Of a stretch of 64,000 bases of DNA, positions 50,593 to 63,796 are shown in pieces. A program made the position numbers and the translations under genes. Origin of the DNA: Octopus bimaculoides (Eukaryota); the NCBI RefSeq assembly GCF_001194135.2, contig NC_068981.1:3279262-3343261 (forward strand), in the 5' to 3' direction. The notes beneath the pieces are model-generated. The model saw nothing but the letters and a program-made list of their open reading frames with translations, was not told the origin of the DNA and ran no database searches. Numbering within the stretch: the first letter of the stretch is position 1; each line of letters opens with the position of its first letter.

Positions 50593-52054
50593 GGCATAAA
50601 ACACATTCTAGAGTATCTCTATTGAGAGGTCTGGCAACATTTCTGTGGTTTGTATCCTTAACTCCAAACTAAATGTAGGAACCTCAGCATGGTCACTCAA
50701 CATAGAAATAGCAGCTAATTTCTCTAAAATCAAACCTAACTATCTTATGAAAAAGGAAACGCGCATTAAGTAACGGAAACTTAGATACATTATGTCTAGC
50801 GGGGGGAAGACTGAAAAATTTTGACTATAAGAACAAACTTTGATCAGTGTCACATGGGTTAGTGGGATTTGAACTCAGAACAAAGAGCCAGAATAAATAC
50901 TACAAGGTATTGCCCAATACTCTAACAATTCCACCAATCCACTGCCCAAACAGCAGTAATAATGGTTTCAAATTTTGGCACAAGACCAGCAATTTTGGGG
51001 GAGGGGGTAAGTTGAACCTTAGTGCTTAACTGGTATTTATTATATCAACCCTGAAAGAATGAAAGACAAAAACAACCTCAGTGGAATGTAAAGTTGGAAG
51101 AAATGCTGCCAAACATTTTGTTTTGCACGGTAGTCATTCTGCCAGCATGCCTTCACTGTGACACAATATGCTCTCACAGCCATACAATATACCCTCACTG
51201 CTACACGGTATGCTCTCACTCCCACACTTAATATTACAACAAGGGGGCCCTCATTATCACACCTGTTTGCCCCAACAGCCATACACTGTGATGATGAAAT
51301 CTAGCTTCTGAATACAACTAAGGAAATTCTATTCTAATTTATATTTGTGATTTATGTGGCTGTAGAAACACTAGAGGTTATTTGGTAAAAGTTAGACTTC
51401 CATCAGGTGTGAAACCTGAATCGCTTATTTGAAGAGGTTACATCTTGCCAACACTGGTAACAGGTAAGTAGAAGAGTGTTATTAACTGCTAATACTCATT
51501 GAATCTATTTCACATTAATCTCTCACTTTCTACATATTTCTTATGAACACAAATAATGAAGGAGGTTTTAATCAACAACAGCAACAAAGAGAAATTTGTT
51601 TTCTTTTGTATATTGATGATAAATACACCGGCTCAAATAAATATCTTCTTACTCTATGACTACGTAATCAAGATTTAACACAGTGGACTGCTTACAAGAC
51701 AAACAACAGAAACAAACAGCTACATTTTGTAAGATAATATATCCAAATGGAAGAACACTGGCATGTAAGGCAACAAAAATAACTGAATCACAATGAGCAC
51801 TAAACTAACTTTATTCATTCACTCAATCTCTTCACATATATAAACACATAGTTAAGGACATTGTTCTTTTTCTTATCACTTCACTATTGAATTTATAAAC
51901 CGTTGCAAACACAAGGTAATATATATTGAAGACATTATCATAGAAATTCACTTTTCTAAATCCATTATCCATCCTTTAAGTTTATGTAATTTCTTATAAT
52001 GTGAAACAAAACAAGGTAAGCAGTTGAAGTGGTAGACGGACTTTGCATGTTTAA

Positions 52055-52261
52055 CCCTTTCGATACCAACCCCACCTGAAACTGCCTCTGACTCTGAAAT
52101 ACAAATGTCTTAATTAAAATCTTTCACCAAACCTTAGTCACAATTAATGTTCTTAACACTAGCTTAATGATAACTAAGTTATTTTACTAAATTCTTTGTT
52201 ATATTCAAAATTAATTGAAAGAAACACAAAGTGTCTCAACAGAAATATGGTAACAAAAGGG
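52055..52261. mobile_element. piggyBac-type MITE (TTAA TSD)
   Basis: TTAA|CCCTTTCGATACCA ... TGGTAACAAAAGGG|TTAA, with 12/14 TIR match. Related copies at 49810-50033, about 6543-6724, about 58440-58676, about 7870-8141 and about 60700-60903. Confidence 0.78.
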
Positions 52262-52339
52262 TTAAAGTAGGATTCTTGTCAAACAATGAATAAAATAATT
52301 TTTAGACTGAAGAGATGTGTTGGTGATTGTTAATGAAGT

Positions 52340-52640
52340 AGGGTTTGTGTGACACATGCTCTAGGTTCAACCTTGCTGCATTGGCTGCAAACCCAGGTAT
52401 TGCTGCCCATAACACAGAGGAGAGAAGAATAAATGAATACAAGAGCCTGACCAGTCGCTATCAGTTTGTGCTAGTTGCCATCAAGACCTCATGTGTTCTT
52501 GGACCATGCACTGCTAATTTCCTCTACAAAATCAGGATAACTGTAGCCTATCTGAGAAATGAGCCCCAAAGGTGGGGTGACTGCTGCAGTGAGTATCACT
52601 GGCCATTCTCTATGGCAACAGAGAGGGACCTAACCTAAAT
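52340..52640 (+). mobile_element. Remnant of the restriction-like endonuclease domain of a CRE-like non-LTR retrotransposon
   Basis: CDT...LAALAANPGIAAHNTEERRINEYKSLTSRYQFVLVAIKTSCVLG...FL, then in a shifted frame LLQ*VSLAILYGN. Resembles the D..E/K...QRxSxAIxRGN pattern of RLE domains. Confidence 0.5.
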
Positions 52641-53280
52641 GCTTGCGACAGAGTAGAACCTGTTAAAGGTGTTAACACCAAGTGATTGATTAAGCTTACT
52701 ACTAAAGTGGACCACACTGGGATTTGAACTCAGAATGCAAAGAACCAGAACAAATACTGCAAATCCCCTAACCTGATGCTCTTACCGGTCTACTGATCCA
52801 TTGCTTTCGATTGGTGGCTCTTTATTGACCCCCAAAAGGATGAACGGTAGAATTAACTGCAGTGGGATGTGAACTTTGAGTGTAGATAGTTAGAACAGAT
52901 ATCAGAAGACATTCTACTAAATATTTTAACAACTCTGCCTGTAGTGTTGTGTGAATGCAAGGGAAATCTTTCACAGACAGAAATGCTACAGAGAATGTTA
53001 CAGGAATTTGATCCGAGAAGTGAAAACTAATGGTACAACAATAAATTATGATAGGATACCTCTTCTAGAGACAGTGATGTATTATATCGTCATACAGTAT
53101 CTATTTACACGTGTGTGGACTGATAGGCATAAAGCATAGTACCTGTCAATCCTTAACAGTGGCCAGGCTTTGGAAGCTGCAACTGAAGAAAGTCAAAATA
53201 ATGAAATATTCCAAATACAAGGGCCTCTGTCAGTCAATGTCAATCATATATCAACATATGTATGTAAAGGTAGTTTTTTC

Positions 53281-53828
53281 TATTTGTTTCAGTCATTTGA
53301 CTGTGGCCATGCTGGAGCACCGCCTTTAGTCAAGTGAATCTTTGTAAGCCTGGTACTTATTCTATCGTTCTCTAATGCTGAACTGCTAAGTTATAGAGAT
53401 GTAAACACACCAACATCGGATGTAAAGCGATGTTGGGGGTACAAACACAGACACACAAACATATACATACACATATATATACAACAAGCTTCTTTCAGTT
53501 TCCGCCTACCAAATCCACTCACATGGCTTTAGTCAGCCCGAAGTTATAGTAGAAGACACTTTCCCAAGGTGACACATGATGGGACTGAACCCGAAACCAT
53601 GTGGTTGGTAAGCAAGCTACTTACCACACAGCCACTCTTGCGTCTATATATATACCTACGATGTATATATATGACGGGCAGCTTCTTTTAGTTTCTGGCT
53701 ACCAAATCCACTCACAAGGTTTTGGTTGGCCCGAAGCTATAGTAGAACACACTTGCCGACGGTATCACGAGATGGGACTGAACCCGGAACCATGTGGTTG
53801 GTAAACAAGCTACTTACCACACAGCAAC
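53281..53828 (-). mobile_element. Family B SINE plus a second tandem 5' half
   Basis: Head-containing segment repeated at about 53490-53638 and 53680-53828. Confidence 0.8.
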
Positions 53829-55139
53829 TCTGGTGCATATGGGGAAGATTTTTTTTAAGGAAAACTAGCAGTTGCCTATACATGCAACTCACCCGTCTTC
53901 CACGCCACTGATGTTTACCCAAGAGAAATCCCACCAGCTTGGGTCAATATAGCTCAGTACCTGTGTTGTCCCAAGAATTGGTTGCATCAGAATGCAAAGA
54001 GCTGGATTAGATACCACAAGGCATCTCATCTGACTCTTCAACAGCTCTAAAGATTTATCAATCCCTCAATGAATAATTACTTAAGACAGCCAACACTTCT
54101 CACGGTTTCTTCTTAATATACTGTTTGACAAAGCTGTTTTTATACAAGCTTCTTCAGAAATTAAAGAGCATCTGGAGAAAATTAATAGAATTATATTAGC
54201 TACGTATACTGCATAGATATTTTCCAGGTATATCATGAGAAGTATTTGTCAGGTATACTGCACAAAAAACTGCCAGGTATGATGCACAAGAATTTGCCAA
54301 GTATGTCAATAAATATTGGTATGTTGCACTGGTATTTGCCAGGCATGTGGCACAACAAGTAACTTTAAGATATGTCACTTAAAAATATTTTCCAGGTATT
54401 TTGTTTAGATATTTACTAGGTTATATTACAGGTATTCACCAGGTATTTTGCACAGGTGAATCCTAATGCTCAGTTGTCGGGGATACAACAACACTAATAC
54501 TAACGACAACTTGTAACATAGGCACAAGGCCGTAAATTTGGTGGAATGGGGTGGAAGGTGGGAGGAAGGTGTAGTTTGATTAGATCAAACTAGAGCATGG
54601 GTACTTGATTGATTCCTGTTTCTCAACCCTGGTGGATGAAAGACAAAAATCAGTCTCAGTGGAATCTGAACTCACAATGCAAAGAGATGATGTGACCACT
54701 GTACCATTTCTGTCTCCGTCTCTGAAAAAGACATATTTAACTAAACCACACTCATCATCATCATCACCATCATCATTTAATGTCCATTGTCCATGCCGGT
54801 ATGAGTTGGATGGTTTGAGTCAGGAACTGGAAAGTTAGAAAACCACACCAAGCCCCCACTGTCTGCTTTGACCTGGTTTCTACATTTGGATGCCCTTCCT
54901 AACACCAACCACTTTACAGAGTTTATTTTAGAGGTTTTTTATGTGGCACCAGAACCAGTGAGATCAAGTAACTTGCATGACAAGATCCCCCTCAACTGGG
55001 GGAGGGAGTAGCACCGAGGGTCAGAAAGGTGTCTTGCATGGGAACAGAGGTTGTACCCCCAAGTTACAGGGTGGTGTATATAGTGAAGTAGACTGCAACA
55101 CTCAATTCTGTCACAGGCCCTAATTAATCTCTTTCTAAT

Positions 55140-55800
55140 GATGGCTTCAAAATTTGGCACAAGGCCACTAACCTCATTATTTGACTAGTACTTATTTTAT
55201 AGACCTTGAAAGGATGAAAGGCGAAATCGACCTCACTGAAATTTGAACTCAAAACAAAGAACCAGAAGAAATATCACTAAACATTTTATCCACTGCCCTA
55301 ATGATTCTGTCAGCTTGCCTCTTTATAATAATAACAATAGAAATAATAATAATAGTTTCAAATTTTGGCACAACGCCAGCAAATTTGGGGGGAGGGGTCA
55401 ATGTAATTGACCCCAGTGTCCAACTGGTACTTATTTTGTCAATCCTGAAAGGATGAACAATAAAACCGATCACAGTGGCATTTGGACTCGGAATATAGAG
55501 ACAGACAAAATGCTACTAAGCACTTTTCCAGGCACACTATCAATTCTGCCAGCTCACTGCCTTAATAGCAATACTGCTTCTATTTTAAGCACAAGGCCAT
55601 CAGTTTTGAAGGGAGGAAGCTAGTTGATTCCACTGACCCTCTCTATTCCCTAACATTTAACTGGTACTTCATTTTATCAATCCCCCCAAAATAAAAAAAG
55701 TTGACCTTTGTCAGATTTGAACCCAGAACATAAAGAATCAGAACAAATACAGCAAAGGAGTTTTTCCAGTACTCTAATGAAGCTACTAATCTACTGCCTT
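55140..55800 (-). mobile_element. Cluster of tandem family A SINE copies
   Basis: Repeated GGATGAAAGG..GACCTC..ATTTGAAC core at about 55210, 55450 and 55700. Confidence 0.7.
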
Positions 55801-55884
55801 TATACATTAATCTAATGATGGTAAAAAAAAAAAAATTCAAGAAGTAAAATAAAAAAAACCCCCACTATTTTGGAGATATGCCAT

Positions 55885-56281
55885 GCTTAAGAAAACCCGG
55901 TAAGTCAAGTGAGATCGTAGTCGTGGCCATTTAAAAGCACCCTTCATTCATTGGCCGATATGCCATGCTTGTGAAAACCTGTCGAACTGAGTGAAATTGT
56001 AGGTGTAGCTGATGCCAGTGCCGCCTGACTGGTACTTGTGCCAGTGACATGTAAAAAGCACCATTCAAGTGTGGCTGATGCCAATGCCGCCTGAATGGCA
56101 CCCATGCCGGTGGCACATAAAAAGCACGATTCGAGCATTAAGAAGGGCATCCAACTGTAGAAACCTTGCCAAATCAGATTGGAGCCTGCTGCATCCTCCT
56201 GGCTCACCAGTCCTCAGTCAAACCGTCCAACCTATGCCAGCACGGAAAGCAGATGTTAAATGACAACGATAATGATGATGA
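55885..56281 (+). mobile_element. RTE LINE 3'UTR fragment
   Basis: Same 3'UTR units and (GAT)n tail as 4831-5776. Confidence 0.8.
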
Positions 56282-57367
56282 TTAATAGTTATAATTTCTA
56301 AGACAGGTGCAGGCATGGCTGTGAGGTTAAAAAGTCTGTTCCCCAACCATGTAGTTTTAGGTTCAGTCCCACTGGGTTGTGCCTAGGGCAGGTACCTTCC
56401 AATATAGCCCTGGGCCAACTGAAATTTTGTGATTGGATTTGGTAGATGGAAACTGAAAGAAGCTGACTTTGAGAAGCATTGGTTTACTCAGTTAGGGTTG
56501 ACTTGAGTTTAAAAACACCAAACCCTATGGAATGAGAAAAATTAAGAAGCTTCAATAAGGTTGCTTGACTTGTTAGATATAATAGCCAATTCTCCATCAG
56601 AGACCACATCTTAACCATTTAAAACAAACAAACAGCTAGGTAATATATACTGAGAATACAATGTGATGGTCACAAGTAGAATGTCTTTGATGATAGATTT
56701 ATTCAATCAAGATTGATTTGCAGTTAAAAACCACCACCAACCACCACTACCACCACTGCGGTAATTCTCGTAGCACATATAAATATGGGCAGTTAGTCGA
56801 GACTGTGTGTGGTTGAGTGGAAAGTTGCTTTGATGTTTATTACTGCAGCACCAAATGAAAACGGTAAAAAAAAATAAAACAACAAGAGTAATAACAACAA
56901 AAACTATAACAATAATGATGATGATGATGATGATGATGATAACAATAATAATAAAGATGATGTTGGTAATGAAAATAATAATAATATAGCAATTTAATGG
57001 CAAAGAAGTTAGGTTGGGTGATTATTTTTCATAGATGCTACCGATTTATAAAAAAAAAAAAATCAATAGCAATTAGCCAGCTAACGAACTAACGAAAGCA
57101 GTTAATCAATCAAATCATGTCAAGTAATATTGACCATTAAACCATAATTTCTTGTTTCATAAACTGACCAACCACACTGCTGTAACTCATAAAATATATA
57201 TTCTTTCTAGAATGTTTGCCTTTAATTATTGTCAAATTCAAGAAATTCTGTTCCATAAAAATATAAATAGAAATATAAAAAAAAAACCCACAAAACAAAA
57301 AGTTCATGTAACTGTTATTTCTCTCCCAGTTTTCCTAACTTCTTGAAATATTTCATTTAACCTTTTG

Positions 57368-57743
57368 CATCGACCCCAATGCTCAACTAGTATTTAATTT
57401 ATTGACCATGAAAAGTTGACCTCGGTGGAATTTGAACTTAGAACATAAAGATGGGCAAAATACCGCTAAGCATTTAGCCTGGCATACTGATGATTCTGCA
57501 AGCTCGCTGCCCTAAAGCTATGAAATATTCTTTTCTACACTTTACAAGGCCTGAAATTTTGGGGGAGGAGACCAGTCAATTAGATTGCCACCCATATGCA
57601 ACTGGTACTTAATTTATCGACCCCCGAAAGGATGAAAAGCAAAGTCAACTTCAGCAGAATTTGAACTCAGAACATAAAGACAGACGAAATACTGTTAAGC
57701 ATTTTGCCCAGCATGCTAATGTTTCTGCCAGCTCGCCGCCTTG
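57368..57743 (-). mobile_element. Two tandem family A SINEs; the younger (57530-57743) has a 16-bp TSD
   Basis: AAAGCTATGAAATATT at 57514-57529 and 57744-57759. Confidence 0.82.
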
Positions 57744-59467
57744 AAAGCTATGAAATATTGTATGGTTAATTCAAAAAACAATGTGAATCAATAAGTGTTG
57801 CACTTGACAGTAATTTGAATGCTAAAGGGTTAATAATTGTTGTTACAACTTCAGGCTTCAACAGCACAACATTTCATATGTTGATAGTGAATTCCTATTG
57901 AAGCAAGATCACAACAGGCTTCTGATTCCAGCTGGAATGTTCATGTATCTCCTCTACAGCAATACACCTGTTACCGTGCTTCTCTCAGTCTTTAGTCCCT
58001 CAATACCTGGAATAAAGCCTCAATAAAACTTTGTACTCCCTGCTTTGTCAAGGTGTCTTGTCTTCTGAGTTACTTGGTGACCTCACTAATGCCAGTGCCA
58101 TGAAAAGAAGCATGCTGTACACTTAGTAAAATGGTTGGCATTACGAAGGGCATCCAGCTGTAGAAACCATGTCAAAGTAGACATTGCAGTTTAATGCAGT
58201 CCATCTGATTCATCAGATCCTGTCAGATCACTCAACCCATGGCAGCATGGGAGAGTGCCCTAAACAAAGGCTGGATCATCATGGCTGTAACATAAGGGTG
58301 ACTTGGGGCTAAACACCACCACCAATGTTGTTTCTCCAAGCCCACTCAGGAGCCACTATACAGTTGCTTGGCCAGCTAGAAATAGCAGCTAAAACTTCCT
58401 TTGTTATAATCAAATTATTCGATTGCCTGCTGTCTTAATTGTTTCAATACCAACCTGCCTGAGACTGCCCCTAGTTCTAGGATTGAAAATAAATTCAATT
58501 TTAAATTAATCTAACTTAAAATCTTCCATCAAAATTTCATGTTAATCCATGGTACAAACACAAGCTTAACAATGACAATATTATTTTACTGAGTTCTTCA
58601 CAATTTTCAAAATTAATTGAAAAAAAAAAAAAAAAAAAGGTAGTGTATTTCAAGAGAGATATGGTAACAAAATGGTTAAATGAAGAAACTTTGAACAACA
58701 AATTCCCTGATATACAAAAAAAAACAACACAAAAACCAAAAAAAAAAAAAAAAACAGGCAGGATGTTCATAACTGGAATGCCTTTGATTGTAGCATGGTT
58801 TGGTCAGGGATGATTTAGAACTTAACACCACCACCACTGATACAACAACAACAACAACAACAACCATTCCATGAAATATGAGAGGAGGGAATACAACACA
58901 GTTGAATGCATTGAAATTATTAAGTGAAAGTCTTGCTTCCAAGACGGAACTATAAATGGTGCACCGTTGTGTCAGGTTTCAAGTGTTGATGCCTAAATCA
59001 ATTGGTCTCTTATTTGATTAAAACTGTTTGAGCACCAGCCACAGATTGAATTATCACGTTCTGTTATTAATATCAGCTTAAAGACTGAATAAATATCTGT
59101 AATGCACTGCTTTGTATCGATGTCACTGGACATGAAATGTGTCGTGTTTCAGAAGAGATCCTGTGCAAAACAAACTACGAAAGGAAATAGAAGAAACGTG
59201 GAGAATTAATTAAGACAATTTATTTCTTTACCTGATATGATATTTTTGAATTTTTTTTAAAAAGAAGAAAATTATTGTATAAACTTCTTTTTTCTTGAAG
59301 TAATTCCAATGTGGTAAATATCACTGAGGAGAGAGGTTATCCACAGTTCATTCTGTTTGCACCTAAAATGAAATTAAGAAATTTCTTTCAGAGATACAAA
59401 AGAGAGTTCAGAGCACAAAGAGAATACAATAAAAAAAAAAAGAAAGGGAGAAAATAAAGGAGACAAA

Positions 59468-59782
59468 GGTGCAGGCATGGCTGTGTGGTAAGAAAATTGT
59501 TTCCCAACCATGTGGTTCCAGGGTTCAGTCCTATGGTAGACAGAAATTGAAAGAAGTGTTTGTGTTTGTCCCCTGCCGCCGCTTGACAACCAGTGTTGGT
59601 TTGTTTACATCCCTGTAACTTAGCAGTTTGATAAAAAGCGACTGATAGAATGAGTACCAGGCTTTAAAAAAAAAAGGCACTGGGGTGGTGTGGGTGGGGG
59701 ACTTGATTCACCTGACTAAATTATTCTTCAAGGCAGTGCCCCAGCATGGCCAAAGTCTAATGAATGAAACAAGTAAAAGAAA
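59468..59782 (+). mobile_element. Family B SINE
   Basis: Colinear with 43959-44253, with an internal deletion. Confidence 0.8.
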
Positions 59783-62446
59783 AGATAAATGAAGAATGAG
59801 AAGAATTGTGTTTTTGAGCGGTTAAATTGTGTGTAGGGGAGAGAGAGAGGATCAAGGAGAGAAAGAAGGAAGTGTAGCTAGGTAGATAGTGGTAGGCAGA
59901 TATTGTTATGCTTGAACTGACCTCAGTGGGATTTGAACTTTAAACACAGTAAGACTCTACCATTTTTGTTACTTCACAGAATCTTTGAAAATACAAACCC
60001 TATGAAAATATGAAAAAAATTCCTTCCACAACAAAGACGAAAAAATATGTTATTTTGTTTCATTTTTTCTTTCTTCTTGGAATGTTATCTCATCAGAATG
60101 TAATAAATGTGATGTGTCACAGTTTCTTGTATGATTTATAGACAATGATAATCTTCTTTTACATATAGAACAGGTTGGGGATGGAGACGGAGGAAGGTTG
60201 GAAGAGAAATATTTCTGTGTTCTTGTAAAATGTAGAATGATTCCAGGGAAAAAAAATAATAACTAAAGGTTTCCATTTTTTTTTATGGAAACAGCCATTC
60301 CTGAACTGTGTAGAGCTTGTACACATTTGCATGCATGCACAGACACAGACATAAACACACAGAGGATTATTTCTATACATACATACACAAGAAAGAAAGA
60401 AAGATAAATAGATAGAATTGTTTTGTATACTTTATACCATATTCATATTTTTCTTTATGCAGTAAGATAAATCCAGACAAATGTAACAAACATGAAGAAC
60501 TGAACATGAAAACCTATGATCAAAGTCCTTCCATCCATGACCACTCCAACTTTTATTTTTTTCTCTTTCAGACATAATATATCTAAATTGCATTACCCAT
60601 TTCTCTGTTTTTCTTTCTTTAAACTTAAAAGGGCAGAAACTGAATTGAGGGTGATTTGGCTGCTGGTCCCCCACCATTTCACTTCATCTAACTCTTTCAT
60701 TACCGTATTTATTTTAAGATGCTCTGTGTTTCTTTCAATTAATTTTAAATATAACAAAGAATTTAGTAAAATAACTTAATTATCATTCAGCTAGTGTTAG
60801 GAACATTAATTGTGACTAAGGTTTGGTGGAATATTTTAATTCAAAACTTATGTAAACAAGACATTTGTACTCAGAGCCAGAGGCAGTTTAATAACAAAAG
60901 GGTAAATCAAAGACCAATAATACAATGTAGAGAAAAGAAGGAAAAAGATTGATTTAATTGTCTAAAAGTGGGAATGCAATTAAGAGTTGACAGAACTATT
61001 GTAGTGTCAGAGAAAATACTTTTGTGCTATTTGATGAATGTCCCTTTACTTTCTGAGTTCAAATCCTGCTTAGGTTTGCTTTACCTTTCATGTTTCTTAA
61101 GTTATATAATAATTACTGTAGTCAATTTAATTAACCGTTGAAGGTAATGATCCAATGACTGAAACCAGTAACACTCCAACCCCAAACAAAGTGTTTATCC
61201 ATTGACTGAAATGAGGAAGGGGAGGAGGCGGGTAATGTTGATGACCCTTACAGGTCACATGGCTTTGACCCTTTTGTCGACAGATTTCTGTTGAAACAGT
61301 TTAATATAAATGAATTGTTAAGAAAAAAAAAAAATTTTTAATGGACACAAAATAAACCAGAAGCAGTATAACCACTGGATCTTCCATAATTTTAAAATAT
61401 GCATCATACATAAAAACAGAATGGAAACAATGAGTAAAAAGCTTTCATTATTTTGGATAGAAGATAAAACCCAATATAGCATCAATGTTGAATGTTCCAT
61501 CTTTCTTGGTGGAATGGCATGGGTTGGACAGTTCAACAGTATTTGATGAGCCAGAAGACTCCATCAAGCTCCACTGTCTGTTTTGGCATGGTTTCTACAA
61601 CGGGATGCCCATCATAACACCAACCACTTCACAGGATGTACTGGGTGCTTTTTCTGAGACATCAGTGCTAAATGAAGTCATTATGTAACTCAAAAGAAAA
61701 GCACCCCCCTCTTCTGAGCAGGAGGTTGCAATATTGAGGTGAGTGGCATTATGCTAGGTGCTGAAATGTTAAAGTATGATAGAGGGACAGGTGCAGGTGT
61801 CTTGCTGTAGAGGAATACAAGACTATTCGAGTTGAAAAGACAGAAGAGAGATGGTGGTGACAAGGTGTTGGGGCATACCCCCAAAGTATAAGAAGGTAAG
61901 TATAAGAGGGTCTATGGACAGAGGATTGGAAAAGGTGGGCAATTAAGTTCATGAGAGTGATAAATGGTTAGAGATGGAGATTGAGATGAATGATAATCAT
62001 ATTTGTTATATTCATTTCAATAAATAATTATTTAAATTTTGTGCTGATTAATTAATATCATTGAACTTTTATCTCCTTTGTTTTACACAATTTTGATTTA
62101 CATGGTGACTAGCAGAACCAATCTAATATGTAAACTGAGGGATAACTGTTAAAGGTTTTCAAGGAAGGGTCAATGGAAATTGATTGTTAGTTTGTTATAG
62201 CCATGATGGTTAAGACCAAGCTGGAGCACTTTTTCGAAAGGTTATTGAAAAGGTGAAGTGAAATAATAACAAGTAGAAAATAAAAGCAGGTCAAGCACCT
62301 CATTAGTTGGCAACTTCTATTCAAAACAATATCTGAATAGATGATGGTGTTGAAGGCATTGGATTATAAGCAAACAGAAGAGAAATTAGCTTCAATCAGG
62401 TTTCCTTGATAATACTTAACATTTTACTTTACAATATTGGTTTCAA

Positions 62447-62652
62447 ACTTTGGCACAAAGCCAGTAATTTCAAGGGAGAGTGAAAGTCAATTACATCAAC
62501 CCCAGTATTCAACTGGTACTTACTTTATCAAACCTGAAAGGATGAAAGGCAAAGTCGACCTTGGCGGAATTTGAACTCAGAACATAAAGATAGATGAAAT
62601 ACTGTTAAGCATTTTGCCTGCTTGCTAACGATTCTTCCAGCTCATTGCCTTA
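62447..62652 (-). mobile_element. Family A SINE
   Basis: Colinear with 46283-46515, with a variant tail. Confidence 0.8.
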
Positions 62653-62914
62653 TTTTAATTTACAATATTATTAATTACTAAATATGTACAAACCAAGAAG
62701 TAATTCTTGAAAAGAAGAACATAATTGTTACAGGTAACAGGAAGAAGTTGAGGAATGAAAACTGTCTTATCAAAACCGAGACTGAAAACACTCAGTTTCC
62801 AGCTGCAATAAACCAAATGGACCCCAAAATGTTGAATCACAAGTTTTGTTTATATGCTTTCCCAAGAAATGTTTTGTGGCAGCTTTAGACATGAAAATAA
62901 AATTTTTCCTTTAG

Positions 62915-63388
62915 TCCGCCTAATTGGCACTCGTGCCGTGGAACGTTAAAAGCACATCTGAGCATGATTGTTGCCAGGGCCATAGATTGGCTCCCATGCA
63001 GGTAGCACATAAAAAGCACCATTCAAGCATGATTGTTGCCAGCGTTGCCTTACCAGCACATATGCTGGTGACATGTGACAAACAACATTTGAGCGTGGTT
63101 GTTGCCAGTGCCGCCGGACTGGCTCCCGTGCAGGTAGCACGTAAAAAACACCTTTTAAGCATAGTCATTGCCAGAACTGCCTGACTGGCCCTCGTGCCGA
63201 TGGCACATAAAAGCACCCACTACACTCTCGGAGTGGTTGGCTGGCATTAGGAAGGGCATCAGCTATAGAAACTTTGCCAGATCAGATTGAACCTGGTGCA
63301 GCCTTCTGGCTCACCAATCCTCAGTCAAACCATCCAACCCATGCCAGCATGGAAAGCGAGCATTAAACGACGATGATGATGATGATGA
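62915..63388 (+). mobile_element. RTE LINE 3'UTR fragment
   Basis: Tandem units with TAAAAAGCAC, then AGGAAGGGCATC...CCCATGCCAGCATGGAAAG...(GAT)n. Confidence 0.85.
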
Positions 63389-63621
63389 CTAGCACACCTG
63401 CCACAAGCTGTTGTCAAGACATGCTTGGGCTAAATATTACCATATTAGTGTTACCTGTCATATGTGAATAGGGGAAACTTTGGAAGTATATTTTTGCCAC
63501 TCTTGGTAATATCAGGAATTATGTCATGCATACAAAGAATTAGAACTGAATTTTTATCAAATTTCTTGGTGTTTATACAAAATGATGAAATGAATACTAA
63601 TTTTAAGAGGAAAAATATTTA

Positions 63622-63796
63622 CAGTTCTATATTTGAGAGATGAGGAATTATGTGCATTATTTACATTTGACGGATATTTGTCCTCATCTTGTTTGTTGTT
63701 AACACAACGTTTCGGCTGATGTACTCTCCAGCCTTCATCAGGTGTCCTGGGGATATTTCAAACCTGGGTTCTCATTCCAAAGGTATTTTTCCAATA
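63622..63796 (-). mobile_element. Hammerhead-bearing SINE-like element, 3' part; the 5' side is interrupted by an RTE tail
   Basis: Same body as 12836-13054 and 23550-23822. Terminus ...AAATATAGAACTG is shared with the copy at 13055-13126. Confidence 0.75.
63701..63746 (-). ncRNA. Minimal type I hammerhead ribozyme motif (intact copy)
   Basis: Minus strand GACAC-CUGAUGA-A-GGCUG-GAGAGUACAU-CAGCC-GAA-ACGU-U-GUGUU. Helix I is GACAC/GUGUU, helix II is GGCUG/CAGCC, and helix III is the loopless palindrome ACGU. Core CUGAUGA and GAAA are present. Predicted cleavage is 3' of U17 (position 63706). Activity untested. Confidence 0.78.
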
